A stretch of DNA of 63,839 bases, filler included, from Basidiobolus ranarum (GCA_040143965.1; 29 parts of 29 records of this genome joined end to end with filler, not necessarily neighbours in it); one strand, 5' to 3'. Shown: positions 50,085-62,673, counted from the first letter of the whole stretch. The notes: a model not told the origin generated them from the sequence alone. Numbers and translations: made by a program.

Positions 50085-50660
50085 TCCTAATAGGAATTTG
50101 AGGATTGATATTGTAGGAAACCATCAAAATTTTAATCCATTTGGGATTGACTGTTTACTTACTGTCATAAAATCACCAAGTTAGATTTGATTTTAATCAA
50201 TTTTTTCAGTTTCAGGAGTGAAATTTCAAGATCTTGCAAAATAGTTGCACATGATTGGCTACAATCTCAGATACCTATGGATCAACACATCTGCAAAAAA
50301 CATAACTCAAATTTTACACAATTACCACTTGAATCCTATTTGTCACCTTCAAAATCCCTTGTCTCTTTGATATATTCCCCTGAATATTTTTATAGAGTTC
50401 TTCATGTCCAAGGTTTAGCTCATATCCAACACAAGTTTGTATCAATATCTCCATCAAAACACACCATTGTATTGACGTTGCTGAATTAACATTCTTTCAG
50501 TCATCTGGTGGATACCCTGCAATATTTTGCCACTCTGTATCAAGTTCTTCCCAGATATCTGCATGGTCAACACCAGACTGAATGTCAAGTTGAATGTTCT
50601 TCTTCTGAAGCCACTTTCTGTGTACTTGCACTGCAATATTCCCTTCATACTTTTGAAAAT
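50085..50660. mobile_element. Putative left end of CMC element with second-ORF remnant on the minus strand
   Basis: TCCTAATAGGAATTTGAGGATTG matches the ends at 58283 and 59000. Confidence 0.65.
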
Positions 50661-50760
50661 NNNNNNNNNNNNNNNNNNNNNNNNNNNNNNNNNNNNNNNN
50701 NNNNTTAATTAATTAANNNNNNNNNNNNNNNNNNNNNNNNNNNNNNNNNNNNNNNNNNNN

Positions 50761-51132
50761 AAGATGCATACAGAAACATCTTTATCTTCGAATATTCAAC
50801 CTCTAACTTTAGTCAGTCCTGATTCCACTCATTTTCCGGACACTCTTTCACATATTCAAGCTCTACTTCCTACCTCAGAATCCAAGCAAAATAATATTGG
50901 TCCATGTTCTGGTGTAAAGAACCATGCATGTAACGTAACGGGATGTAATATGAGGTTTAAGCGATTAGAGCACTTGAAACGACATCTACGTGTTCATACA
51001 ATGGAACGTCCCTATGCCTGTACTTATACAGGATGTCGTAAGACCTTCTCACGACGAGACAACCTAGGCCAACATTTAAGAACCCATCAACGACAAGAAG
51101 CCAAAGCACACTCCCGACAAGACTCTATGTAA
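50761..51132 (+). CDS. C2H2 zinc-finger transcription factor C-terminus (two fingers, SteA/Ste12-like finger sequence)
   Basis: [26 protein letters not shown]...[17 protein letters not shown]. Confidence 0.9.
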   Translation, partial: KMHTETSLSSNIQPLTLVSPDSTHFPDTLSHIQALLPTSESKQNNIGPCSGVKNHACNVTGCNMRFKRLEHLKRHLRVHTMERPYACTYTGCRKTFSRRDNLGQHLRTHQRQEAKAHSRQDSM

Positions 51133-53327
51133 TTCAATCAGTAGTTGCGAGAAATAGACTAGTTTATTGAAGAAAAGTACGTGGAAATGTTAAGAGTTGT
51201 TTCCTAACAACGCTGGTCGTACACTCTATTCCATCAATCAGCAAGTTCTACTTGAATAAATATACTCTCCCTAATTTAGAACTCTGTTCGGATGTTGATT
51301 GCAATACGGAGACTTGGGATGTTCCTTGGGTAATTCCTACCATTTGAGGAAACAGTGGACGATGACGTAGGGACCATTCAAGATCCAAGTTACTAGACAC
51401 TCCCAATAAAATGGATTTTTTTGAAGATCCCAGGTTGAGAATACTCCCTAATTTTATCCCTAAACCAAGGTGAAATTATGCATCCTCGTTGGTTTGCTAC
51501 CCTTTCATCCAATGCCCAGTGGTGCAAACTTCCACAAACTCAATTAGGAATGTTGTCACCTAAGATAATTCATCATGTGGGATGAACTGGACTCAGGATT
51601 CCTTATTCAGTGATACCCAGGTAAACGTGATAGGCTTCTTCCGCGGATACTCACCAGCTCCATTGATAATCCTGAACATGAAGTCAACCCTAAAGCGTGT
51701 TAGAACGGATCCTTCTTAAATGTTACTGGAACTCAGCACTGCAATTGCGATGGATTTAACTACTCAGATAATTCGTACGACGAGAAACACTTGCTGGCTC
51801 TATGGGACAAAGTTGGATGTTGAAAACCTTGTGTATGCTCAACTGTAACTTGTTTGACTGGTAAGGATTCCTATGCAGGCACATTGTCATAAACCACTAA
51901 GGCATCCATCAGTCAGATGTAAATTCCCAGTGGGATAATGTGTTTTGTTACTTTCATTCTACAGAGATACCTACCGTAGATTCGCCATACATTCTTCTTT
52001 GAATCAAATGGTAACCAATAATTATGCGAACGTGACTCTCCATTTGTTCACAGACGTCAAGGTAAAATCATTGATACACAAATGGTAATATCAAGCATTC
52101 ACATCATTAATTGGAGGATACACAACGGATTGCTCAAACGGTACATCAGCACAGCACTGATCATACTAACAGTGAACTCAGACTACTGCAGTGCTTGTGG
52201 GGTGTCTCCTCAAAACCGGTATTATGTATACTTCAAACGCCTTGAATCTTTAATTTAGGTTTACCTGGATAAGCCTATAATTTACTTTACCCATTTGTTA
52301 CCAGTGTTCTACTTTTTGGAACAGTGTAAGCGCCAACAAGTTTTCAACGTATTTTTTACTTCTTATGTAGTCGCCACTAGTCAGTCTCAAGTTCAGGGTG
52401 TACAACTATATCATGGTTATCAGCTATGTACATCATTATCTATATCTCATATCATCTAATACGCACCAATATCTAAAACTGTGTTACTTATGCTAGCCTT
52501 ATCCCACCTACATAGTTGTTTAGCTAAACTCAAGATTCAACAGATTATATGACTATATCAAAAGATCATATATTTTCTATACAAAGATCCAATCAGTATT
52601 CTCTATTACTAATTGGAGTTTTTTAGTGGCAATCACATTATCTTTTCATCTGAAATTTTTGTTTTGATATTTTTTCTAATGTACATGATACTGTTATTCA
52701 CACAGTGTTCTCTCCTAGGCCTAGTTGTTGAGCTCTTAGAGAATATCTGTTGGAGGATCTTGACATAATGGGGGTAGACTTTGAGTATTAGAAGCAACTT
52801 ATGATAGTGTGTTTTTAGTTACTTTATTCTTAAGAGTATATGGTGACTTATATAGTAGNNNNNNNNNNNNNNNNNNNNNNNNNNNNNNNNNNNNNNNNNN
52901 NNTTAATTAATTAANNNNNNNNNNNNNNNNNNNNNNNNNNNNNNNNNNNNNNNNNNNNGCTAGTATAGGCCTATTCATGAAACATCTCAAAAATGTACGC
53001 AATTATCAACTTGGAAAAGAAAGAAAAGCAGCTAAAGAAGTATTGAAGGAGCAGGAAGTTAGTAAACCCAAGGGAAAAGCAAAGGAGCCAGTGAGTTTAG
53101 ACTCTACTCAATTAAGAGCAAGTATCGTTGCCAGGCCAATTTAAAAGAGCCTCAGGAGCTTTCAATCCAAACCTGGTATAGATTGATCTTGGTGGACTAC
53201 ACCACCGCCCTCAGATTCCTGACTAGTTTTGATTTTTTTTTGTTACGCGTAGCCTTATTACTTTATCTTAAATCCTTCCTTTCGCGGTGTAAACTTGTAA
53301 TATTTTCAACACATAGAGGTATACGCT

Positions 53328-53999
53328 ATGGCAAGAACTAAGCATACCAACCAACGACCTATGTTGGCTGCGAAGTCCACAAAAAAGTTCCCTTCTAAAT
53401 CTATTCAACAAACTCCTACAAGGACAACTTCAAAAACCATTCCCGGTGCTAAGCGTACTCCTACTAAAAGTAATTACTTCTCTTTCACTCGTTTCATTTG
53501 CACACTTCCTGATCTGTATCTTTAGGTATCAAAACCCCTGGTACTACCAAGACAAGAAGATATCGTCCTGGTACTGTAGCTCTTCGTGAAATCCGTCATT
53601 ATCAGAAAACTACAGATCTTTTACTTAGAAAACTTCCTTTTGCTCGATTGGTACATCCATTCATGTTATACTTTTCTTTTTATTAGTAGCTAATCGAGTA
53701 TCCTTAATAGGTGAGAGAAATTGCTTCTGAATATGTTTTAGGTGAATTTAGTCAAGAACAAGTTGGCCTTCGCTGGCAAAGTCATGCCATATTGGCACTC
53801 CAGGAAGCAACTGAAGCTTTCTTGGTTCATTTATTTGAAGACGCGTATGTATTTTACTTTCCAAATGTTTATGCTTGATTTCAATACTAATGATTTCTCT
53901 AGCAATCTTTGTGCTATCCATGCCAAGCGTGTTACGCTCATGCAAAGAGATATCCAACTAGCTAGACGTATTCGTGGTGTATGGGGAGGTTTAGGTTAG
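53328..53999 (+). CDS. CSE4: Centromeric histone H3 (CENP-A/Cse4); exons 53328-53469, 53526-53650, 53711-53844 and 53903-53999
   Basis: Spliced product has MARTK, a divergent tail, [27 protein letters not shown], an extended loop 1, LRWQS and [20 protein letters not shown]. All three introns are GT-AG. Confidence 0.9.
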
Positions 54000-55155
54000 A
54001 GATGCCGTGTTAATATTCTATGATTAGATATTCTTTGTCTACATTCTTTATTGATTTTTGTTGTACGGGTTTTCCTATTTTTTCGATTTTGTCAATCAGC
54101 ATCGTTAAACCAAAGGTGCATATAGATAATTTAGGCTATTTCGTTTCACACCATTTTGGTCTTTACGTATAAAGGCATTTCTTTCATTAAAAAATATCCA
54201 CCATCAAATAAACATGAAATACTTTTTGATTCCTTGGATTGTGAGCTTGCACTTGCCTAGATTCCAAGAGGTAGCAGCCCCATTACCATTGAGACTATAT
54301 TATCTCTATTACCAAGTAGATCCCTTGTTTTTACTCAAATTATTCATTCAAGTTTTTTTTTTATTGTTTACATCTCCAAAGGTATTTGAGTATATAGAAA
54401 GATTCGTAGAATGCTTAAATTGAACAGAATTCTGAATAAGGAATGCAAAAAATTCCAAGTTTATTATCCAATTACCAGGAGATGTTTAAGAATGGACATC
54501 TTGAAAGTTACATGGTGTGTAATGTACTGAATGCTTGTGAATTGGCATTCTTCGAGGTTTTTTTTGGGGAGATTTTATCAATTGAGTGATATGGTATAAC
54601 ACAAACATGAAAATTTCATTACCAATAATACTGTCTATTACAAAAACAGCTGCGTTGGAGGTTATTTGAAGGACAAGAAGAAAGATATGATAGGTTTTTG
54701 TTACAGTACCTATAGCAGAGGTTGGAAGGTACTTTAAAGTTGTGGATATGATTTGTCCAAGCTTGAAGGTTCTTGTTATTTCCAAATTCTAATCAAGTTA
54801 TATAGAGCATTTGTACAGCTATAAATATGTTCTATGCTTACAAATTGAAATTGCAATGACCAAAATTAATGGGTCGCATCACTTGCTTGCCATTCAATTA
54901 AACACCTGACGAATTAAGCATCAGGGGTGAGTAGAATCATGATCAATAGAGTCACGTGGTCTCTCGAATATCACAGTCTTGATAGTGACTTGTAAAAGTC
55001 AATCAAGTTGAATAATAAATATTTCTGGTGCAGTGTGTTAAGAGGTGAATATTTANNNNNNNNNNNNNNNNNNNNNNNNNNNNNNNNNNNNNNNNNNNNT
55101 TAATTAATTAANNNNNNNNNNNNNNNNNNNNNNNNNNNNNNNNNNNNNNNNNNNN

Positions 55156-55313
55156 TGTATGAATACCGCCAAGATACCGTCAAGAAACCGCCGTCACATC
55201 ATCAAAATCCCTGGCAGAATGCAAGCCAACAATATTGTGACGGTTCTCTGACGGTTTTGCTATTTCAGAGGGTGGATCCGATCCGGATCAAATTGATTTT
55301 ATTTTTGTTAGGG
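55156..55313 (+). mobile_element. CpG-rich (least decayed) right end of CMC element
   Basis: Ends GATCCGATCCGGATC...TTTTTGTTAGGG. Confidence 0.82.
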
Positions 55314-57252
55314 ATTGTAAGGCCAGGTTTCTCTTGGTAGGCTTCATCAAACTCATCACAAAGTTCCTTTGAGTTGGAAAGATTTGTTGCTGGCTCCAAT
55401 GATTAATTATTTGTTGAGTATCCCTTCCAGTCCAGTAAACATTGCAATTTATGTTAATAAATGCTGGAATTTAGAATTTTGCTAACTTCATATTCAGGGT
55501 TTTCTTCAACTTGAATTGCTGGGAATGGGTCAATGGACTTGCCTTGAAAGGTATTTCAGGAATGTGGCTCCAAGAGAGTAACATGGAATTCTTTGTGGAC
55601 TTTGAAATGGTCTGGGAGTTTGAGGCAGAAAGCTACTGCAATATTTGCTGAATAATTTTAAAAGGGCCTAGTCTTTTATGATCAAGTTTGTCACAAAGTC
55701 TAGTGGTCTTGATATTTTTACAGATTAGCCATACACAATCTCCTGGCTTGAGCTCTGGGTTTGGCTTTCTTTTCCTATCAGCAAAGTACTTGTATTAAGA
55801 TTGAGCATGCTCCAACTTGAATATTAGTTGTTTATGTAAGTCTTTAAGGAAAGTAGCATGATCTGAGACAGCAGGGCAAGGTTAGTTGGATGTGGGTGAA
55901 CTATAAATCAAGGATGGAATCCAAAATTTGCAAACAAAGGAGTTTATTTTGTTGAGGTATAATCAGAGTTGTTGTAAGCAAATTCAGCAAGAGGAAACAA
56001 TTGTTTCCAATTATCTTGATTATAGTTAAAAGTGCATTGCAAATATTGCTCCAAAACTTGATTGACTCTTTCTGTTTGGCCATCAGATTGGGGATGGAAG
56101 CTAGGGGAGACATTTGCAGAGATACCCAAGGTTTGCAGCAGACCTTTCCAGAATTTAGAGGCAAACTGAGGTCCTCTGTCAAAGATGATAGTTTCAGGGA
56201 GTCCATGTAGATAGAAGATATTTTGAGTTACCAATTCTGCTGCTTGTTCTGCATCAATTGACTTGTTGCAGGGCACAAAGTAGACCATCTTTGTTAGACA
56301 ATCAATAATTTCCAGAATTGAGTCATATTTGGCAGACAAGGGTAGATCTGCTATGAAATCCAGAGTTATGGATTTTTACCCCTGTTCAGAAATTGGAACT
56401 GGCTGTAGGAGGCCATAGGCCTGATATCTTGGAGGCTTCACTCAAACACAAGTATCACAGGTGAAAACATAGGTTTGACAAATACAAAGATTTTGGGCCA
56501 CCAGTAATCCCTGGATGCCAACATATATAATATGGTAATACCAAAGTGCCCTGCAATAGAAGAGTCATGTTTTTCCTGCATGATTATGAGTCTGGAATGT
56601 CGAGGTGCATCTTATAAAACTAGAGACCATCAACAATAGCAAAATGGCAGTACATGTTCCAGCTTGAGAGGCCTTTGGGTGTATTCTGGGCTTTCTTCAT
56701 AGATATAACCAATTGGTCTTCAGATTGAAGTTTGCAAACATCTTCAGGGAATGTGCTTGAACTAGGCAGAGAAGGAGCAGTTGCATTAATTTGAAGTTGG
56801 AGGGGCTTCAGTAAGGAAAAATTTTGTAGGCCAAAGGCCTCATCCCCTTCTTTAGACTGATATTCTGCTCTAAATGATAAGGCATTGGGTTTTTGTTGCT
56901 GGCTACCTGGCCAATACGTAGTCACAAAATCAAAATTGGCAAGAAATAATGACCATTTTTCTTGATGGTGGCTGAGAACTTTGGTTGTACTGAAATACTG
57001 CAGATTCTTATGATCACAATAAACTGTGTTTGCACAAGTTGCTCCATTGCAGTATTGTTGCCATTGTTCAAAGGCAGCAATGATTGCTAACAGTTCCTTG
57101 TCATAGATGTCATTGTTGATTTCTGCTGCAGAAAACTTTCTTGAGTAAAAGGCAACATGGTGCGGTAAGTTGTCACCACCATACTGTGATAGTACTGCTG
57201 CTAGAGCAAACTCAGATGCATCAGTATCAACAATAAATGGCTTGTCTAACTT
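55314..57252 (-). mobile_element. Chromovirus (Gypsy) RNase H, integrase and chromodomain pseudogene
   Basis: DASEFALAAVL, HDSSIAGHFG, IIFDRGPQFASKFW, HPQSDGQTERVNQ, EYEVSKILN...DWKGY. Confidence 0.93.
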
Positions 57253-57352
57253 NNNNNNNNNNNNNNNNNNNNNNNNNNNNNNNNNNNNNNNNNNNNTTAA
57301 TTAATTAANNNNNNNNNNNNNNNNNNNNNNNNNNNNNNNNNNNNNNNNNNNN

Positions 57353-58282
57353 TATCAGGCAGAAATCTTTTCAAAATTCCACTTGAATATATACAAATTC
57401 AATACTTCCAGTCTTTGCATTTGAATAAACGCCTAGATGAGTGGATATTGATGGGAGTCCTGGCAAAATATGATGGTATCTTGACATTTTCAAGCATTTT
57501 CTCAATTGATTCAAACTGTGATTGTATCTCAAATGGCTCATTCATATTGAGTTTTCCACTATATAGCTGAGTAAGTAGTATCAGACTGTTGTTGAATAGC
57601 AAGTGCATAGTGCCTAATTGGAAGCTCTGACTCCAGCTGATCCCCTTTAGCAATATAGTCTTAGGCTTATGGCTAATACAAAGCTTAATGTTAGACTGAC
57701 TATTTGGTGAATTGATATCAGTGATCATGTTGAAATATATCTGGGCTCTTGATGGTAAAATCATGGAGTTTAGTGTTGAATTTGGATAGTAGTAATGCAT
57801 ATGCCTGATAGAGTAAACTCCATTCCTTTGACAAAATCTACAGCAAGATAGTGCTTTGCACCCACAAAAACCTCCAAGTTTACTGATGGCAGGAGTATCA
57901 CCAACACATGCAATGATATTAGCTTTAATAAAATATTCACCCATCTGAACCCCATTACATAACCATTTAAATTCCTCAATCAAAGGCTCATAGTAGCAAT
58001 CCATAAGCACTGGTGATTTAGGTCCAGATATGATGAATAGTATCAAAATATTATGACTGTAATACCATTCAGAAGGAGGAAGATTTAAGTTAATTAAAAT
58101 TATTGGCCAGCAAGCCTTTCCAATGGTATATTTGTTTAACAAGAAACCATCCAGAACCAAAGAAAGTGCATGATCATAAGTGTTCTCAAAGAAACCTTGA
58201 CTTTTCAGATTCTGGTAGTAATATCTATCAAGTATATCAGTAGTACCATCAGCTTTATGGGGGGTACTTTGTTATTGGATCA
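57353..58282 (-). mobile_element. CMC/EnSpm transposase core (longest open piece, 253 aa)
   Basis: LDGF, CWPIILINLNLPP, IISGPKSP, VGDTPAISKLGGFCG...CCRFC, GTMHLLFNN. Confidence 0.9.
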
Positions 58283-58999
58283 CCCTAACAGAAATTTGAG
58301 GATTGTTATTGTAGCAAACCATCACTATTTTAATCCATTTGGGGTTGACTGTTTACTTACCATCATAAAATCATCAAGTTAGATTTGATTTTAATCAAAT
58401 TTTTCAGTTTTGGGAGTTAAATTTCAAGATCTTGCAAAATAGTTGCGCATGATTGGCTACAATCATAGAGAACTGTGGATCAACACCTGTGCAAAAAACA
58501 TAACTAAAATCTTATACAATTACCACTTGAACACTAATTTGTTGCCTTCAAAATCCCTAGTGTCTTTGATATATTCCCCTGAATATTTTTATATAGTTCT
58601 TCATATCCAAGGTTTAGCTCATACCCAACACAAGTTTGTATCAATATCTCCATCATAGCCCACCATTGTATTAACGTTGGTGAATCAACATTCTTCCAGC
58701 TATCTGGTGGATACCCTATGATATCATGCCACTCTGTATTAAGTTCTTCCCAGATATCTGTATGGTCAACACCAGACTGAATGTCAAGTTGAATGTTCTT
58801 CTTCTGAAGCCACTTTCTGCATACTTGCACTGCCCTTTTCCCTTCATACTTTTGAAAAAACTCCTCAAGCACTTTGACTATTTTTGTATGTCCTTGTAGT
58901 GTGACACTACTCAGGGTACTCTGTGGTGTTTGTGTGGCTTTTTGCTTGCCTTTACCTTTGGGGCTAATTTCAACACTTTGAAAAGTACCAGTTGAGGTT
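58283..58999. mobile_element. Putative CMC left end (CCCTAACAGAAAT...) with second ORF (58534-58872, minus strand)
   Basis: Sharp junction inside the transposase. The ORF WEELNTEW...GYPPDSW...QWWA recurs near 50450 and 59300. Confidence 0.7.
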
Positions 59000-59448
59000 C
59001 CCTAACAGAAATTTGAGGATTGTTATTGTAGGAAAACCATCACAATTTTAATCCATTTGGGGTTGACTGTTTACTTACCATCATAAAATGGTCAAGTTAG
59101 ATTTGATTTTAATCAATTTTTTCAGTTTCACAAGTGAAATTTCAAGATCTTGCAAAAAAGTTGCATATGATTGGCTACAATCTCAGAGAACTATGAATTA
59201 ACACATGTGCAAAAAACATAACTCTAATTTTACACAATTACCACTTGAATGCTAATTTGTCACCTTCAAAATCCCTAGTCTCTTTGATATAATCTCCTGA
59301 ATATTTTTATAGAGTTCTTCATACCCAAGGTTTAGCTCATACCCAACACAAGTTTGATTCAATATCTCCATCAAAGCCCACCACTGTGTTAATGTTGCTG
59401 AATCAACATTCTTCCAGCTATCTGGTGGATACCCTACAATATAGTGCC
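59000..59448. mobile_element. Second putative CMC left end nested in the first
   Basis: CCCTAACAGAAATTTGAGGATTGTTATTGTAG, identical to the start at 58283. Confidence 0.72.
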
Positions 59449-59548
59449 NNNNNNNNNNNNNNNNNNNNNNNNNNNNNNNNNNNNNNNNNNNNTTAATTAA
59501 TTAANNNNNNNNNNNNNNNNNNNNNNNNNNNNNNNNNNNNNNNNNNNN

Positions 59549-61230
59549 TATTGACAAACAACTCCCAATGTTGCCAATACTTATCAGGCAGATATCTTTT
59601 CAAAATTCCACTTGAATATATACAAATCCAATACTTCTAGTCTTTGCATTTGAATAAACCTCTAGATGAGTGGGTATTGATAGGAGTCCTGGTAAAATAT
59701 GATGGTATCTTGACATTTTCAAGCATTTTCCCAATCAATTCAAACTTTGATCCTATCTCAAATGGCTCATTCATATTGAATTTTCCATCCTATAACTGAG
59801 TAAGTAGTATTGGAATGTTCTTGAACAGTAAGTGCATAGTGCCTAATGGGAAGCTCTGACTCCAGCTGATCCCCTTTAGCAATAGAATCTTAGGCTTATG
59901 GCTAATACCAAGTTTGATGTTAGACTGATTATTAGGTGAATTGATATCAGTGATCTTATTGAAATCTGACTGGGCTCTTGATGGTAAAATCATGGAGCTT
60001 ACTGTTGTATTTGGATAGTAGTAATGTGTATGCCTGATAGAGTAAACCCCATTGATTTGACTAAATCTACAGCAAGATAGTGAATTGTGTCCACAAAAGC
60101 CTCCAAACATATTGATGGCAGGGGTGTCATCAATATATACAATGCTATTAGCTTTAGTTAAATATTGACCCATCTGAAACCCATTAGATAAATGTTCAAA
60201 TTCTGCATTCAAAGGCTCCAAGAAGTTATCTTTAAGCCCTGGTGATTTAGGTCCACGTATGATGGATAGTATCAAAATATTACGACTCTTGTATCATTCA
60301 GAAGGAGGAAGATTTAAGTAGAATAAAGTTATTGGCCAGCAAGCCTTTCCAACAGTATATTTGTTTAGTGAGAAACCATCCAGAGCCAATACAAATCCAT
60401 GATCACACATGTTCTCAAAAAAATCTTGACTGTTCAGATTATGGTAGTGCTATTCATCAAGTATATAGGTAATACCATCAGCTTTATGGTGAGTACTTTG
60501 TATTGGAGCAATGATCTACATTAGGATGATTTCATCAAAACTTTAAGATGGGGAATCAACAGTATGTAAGCCAACTATGAATGATATTTACCTGATTCAG
60601 TGATTGCCAATTGTGTGCAAACAGTACATGCTTTTGGGTTTTTTAGATCACCAGTGAAAGCCAAACAACCACTTGAAGATGAAGGTAGTTTAATTACTGA
60701 AGGATTATAAGTCATACAATGCACAAGTGTTTTCCACTTGTATGAGGTCTGTGGTAAGCAACAGTTGACAATCAACTGTGGTAAAAGTGTAAGAAAACAA
60801 AAAAATGCCTGGTTGCTAAGATTGGATTGAACTCTCCACTCCTTTGATAATTAAGACTGGTCACTTTAGAGTAAGTGTTATGGGTGGACTAATGTTTGCC
60901 AATAACAAAGAGTCTGTAACAAAACTGTTGTCTTTTTCTTCAACTTCTGATATGCTACCATTGGTACGGGAATAACCAAGGTCAATAATCAAGGCTGCTT
61001 CATTTACAGTCAGTGTTATGAGTGAACTAATGTTTGCCAATAACAAAGAGTCTGTAACATAACATTGTCTTCTTCTTCAACTTCTGATATACTAACATTG
61101 GAACTGGAATAACCAAGGTCAACATGTAGCAGTAAGTCCTCAAAGTTGTCTGGACTTACTGGTTTGATTAAAGTTGCATTTCTACCTACATCATTCTAGT
61201 CAAATAACAGTGGTAACTCCACAATAGACT
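59549..61230 (-). mobile_element. CMC/EnSpm transposase pseudogene copy with an internal 138-bp duplication
   Basis: IIRGPKSP, DTPA, GFCGHNSLSCCRF, PLGTMHLLF. Confidence 0.85.
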
Positions 61231-61256
61231 TGTTCCATTTTATTGAGCCATAATCA

Positions 61257-61644
61257 GGCCAGCTAAAAAGTGTGCCAGCACAAATTGGCATGATTGGGCA
61301 CTATCTGGCATGATGTTATTTACTGTTTTGGAAACAGTTTATTTACTTATGTGGTATATTTAAGAAAAGTACTTTTAGACATAATTGCACATTCAAAAGG
61401 TGATGAAAGCTTTGTTCATAGTGTCTTAAGTCTAGAGCTCTCAATGGATATCTTTGAGTATGGATGTATTGAGAATTAATCAAGATTTTGACTACTTAGC
61501 CTAACTTTGATTGAGGCCCACAAAATGATTTTCCTCTATATTTTTCTGCTACAATGCTATATATCTTTAGGAAACCAAAGCTATGTTCTCCTCTTGCTCT
61601 AAAATGTGAAAAAATGTCATTATAAAGCTTTTTGCCTCTCTTTG
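61257..61644 (-). mobile_element. Harbinger-like element 3' end (terminus GGCCAG..., preceded by TCA)
   Basis: Reverse-complement homolog of about 6750-7136. Confidence 0.65.
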
Positions 61645-61744
61645 NNNNNNNNNNNNNNNNNNNNNNNNNNNNNNNNNNNNNNNNNNNNTTAATTAATTAA
61701 NNNNNNNNNNNNNNNNNNNNNNNNNNNNNNNNNNNNNNNNNNNN

Positions 61745-62292
61745 CTCCCTGGATGTGGCCCACTAAACCAAATGATGTTTCCTTCCAAATCTGTCAAAGC
61801 CTGGAACTTTACACAGTGGGCTTTGTACTTGCCAGAATAGAATAGCTTTTGGTTGAGTTTGTGTCTGTTAATTCTGACTGGAAATGTGTCAAGAATACTT
61901 CTGATATGAACTCTATTGGGAAATACTCCAGGAAATGGAAGGAAATTAGAGTCTCTAAATCTTTTGTCCCAGGCATCTTCAACATCATTCATCACAGAAG
62001 CTAGATAATTCTCACTTACTTGAAGCCTGGTATGGAAGCTTCTCCCACTTTTGCTACCATTAATAGTGCACTGAAATCTGATTGGACAATAGTTTTTGTA
62101 GTAACAAAACAAATTGACTAGCTGCTTTCTGGTAGGTATTGGAGTATATGAGCTACAGTATTTCTCCAATATAGCTTCTAGGGTGGTGATAGAAAAGCCA
62201 GTAGTTGCTTTTGGATTAATGAGGAATGACCATTTAGAGTAGATAGAGAGCATGATAGTAATCTTGTATTGAGCTGGCATGATACTGATCAA
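61745..62292 (-). mobile_element. PIF/Harbinger transposase (DDE_Tnp_4), N-terminal part
   Basis: ILDTFPVRI, FYSGKYKAHCVKFQALTDLEGNIIWFSGPHPG. Confidence 0.88.
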
Positions 62293-62673
62293 TCTGGCAC
62301 ATGCAAGTTATTTATCTAAGAATTTCAATTATCATGGTAAAATTCCATACATTCTGTATAATAAAGTTTCTGTTTGCATTTATTATCCTAATTATTTCAA
62401 TTATGTGTAATTGCATAGAAATTATATAATAAACTGCATCAGCAAAGTTAATCATAGTTTGATCAGAATCAATTTATTTAGCGTACATATTAAAATGGCT
62501 CAAAGTGGAATGTATCATGCTTGATCACACTATAGGAAATTAAGTTTGACATTTTAACCAATAATATAAAAAGATCCCTAATTCTGATTGAAACCAACAC
62601 AGTCTAACATCATAGATATATATGATAGGTACATATCTTATCAAAACAGATTATTCCTGATTCACAACCTACT

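Noticed and set aside
54486-54785. 99-aa minus-strand ORF convergent with CenH3
   Set aside because: Non-ATG start and no recognisable motif.
58283-58290. Telomere or interstitial telomeric array
   Set aside because: Only one CCCTAA unit is present, at an element boundary, with no tandem array.
2115-61744. Regularly spaced TTAATTAATTAA with about 2.1-kb unique intervals, resembling an array or cassette system
   Set aside because: It is an artificial N-padded joining linker between size-sorted contigs. ORFs ending in X...LIN are artefacts of it.
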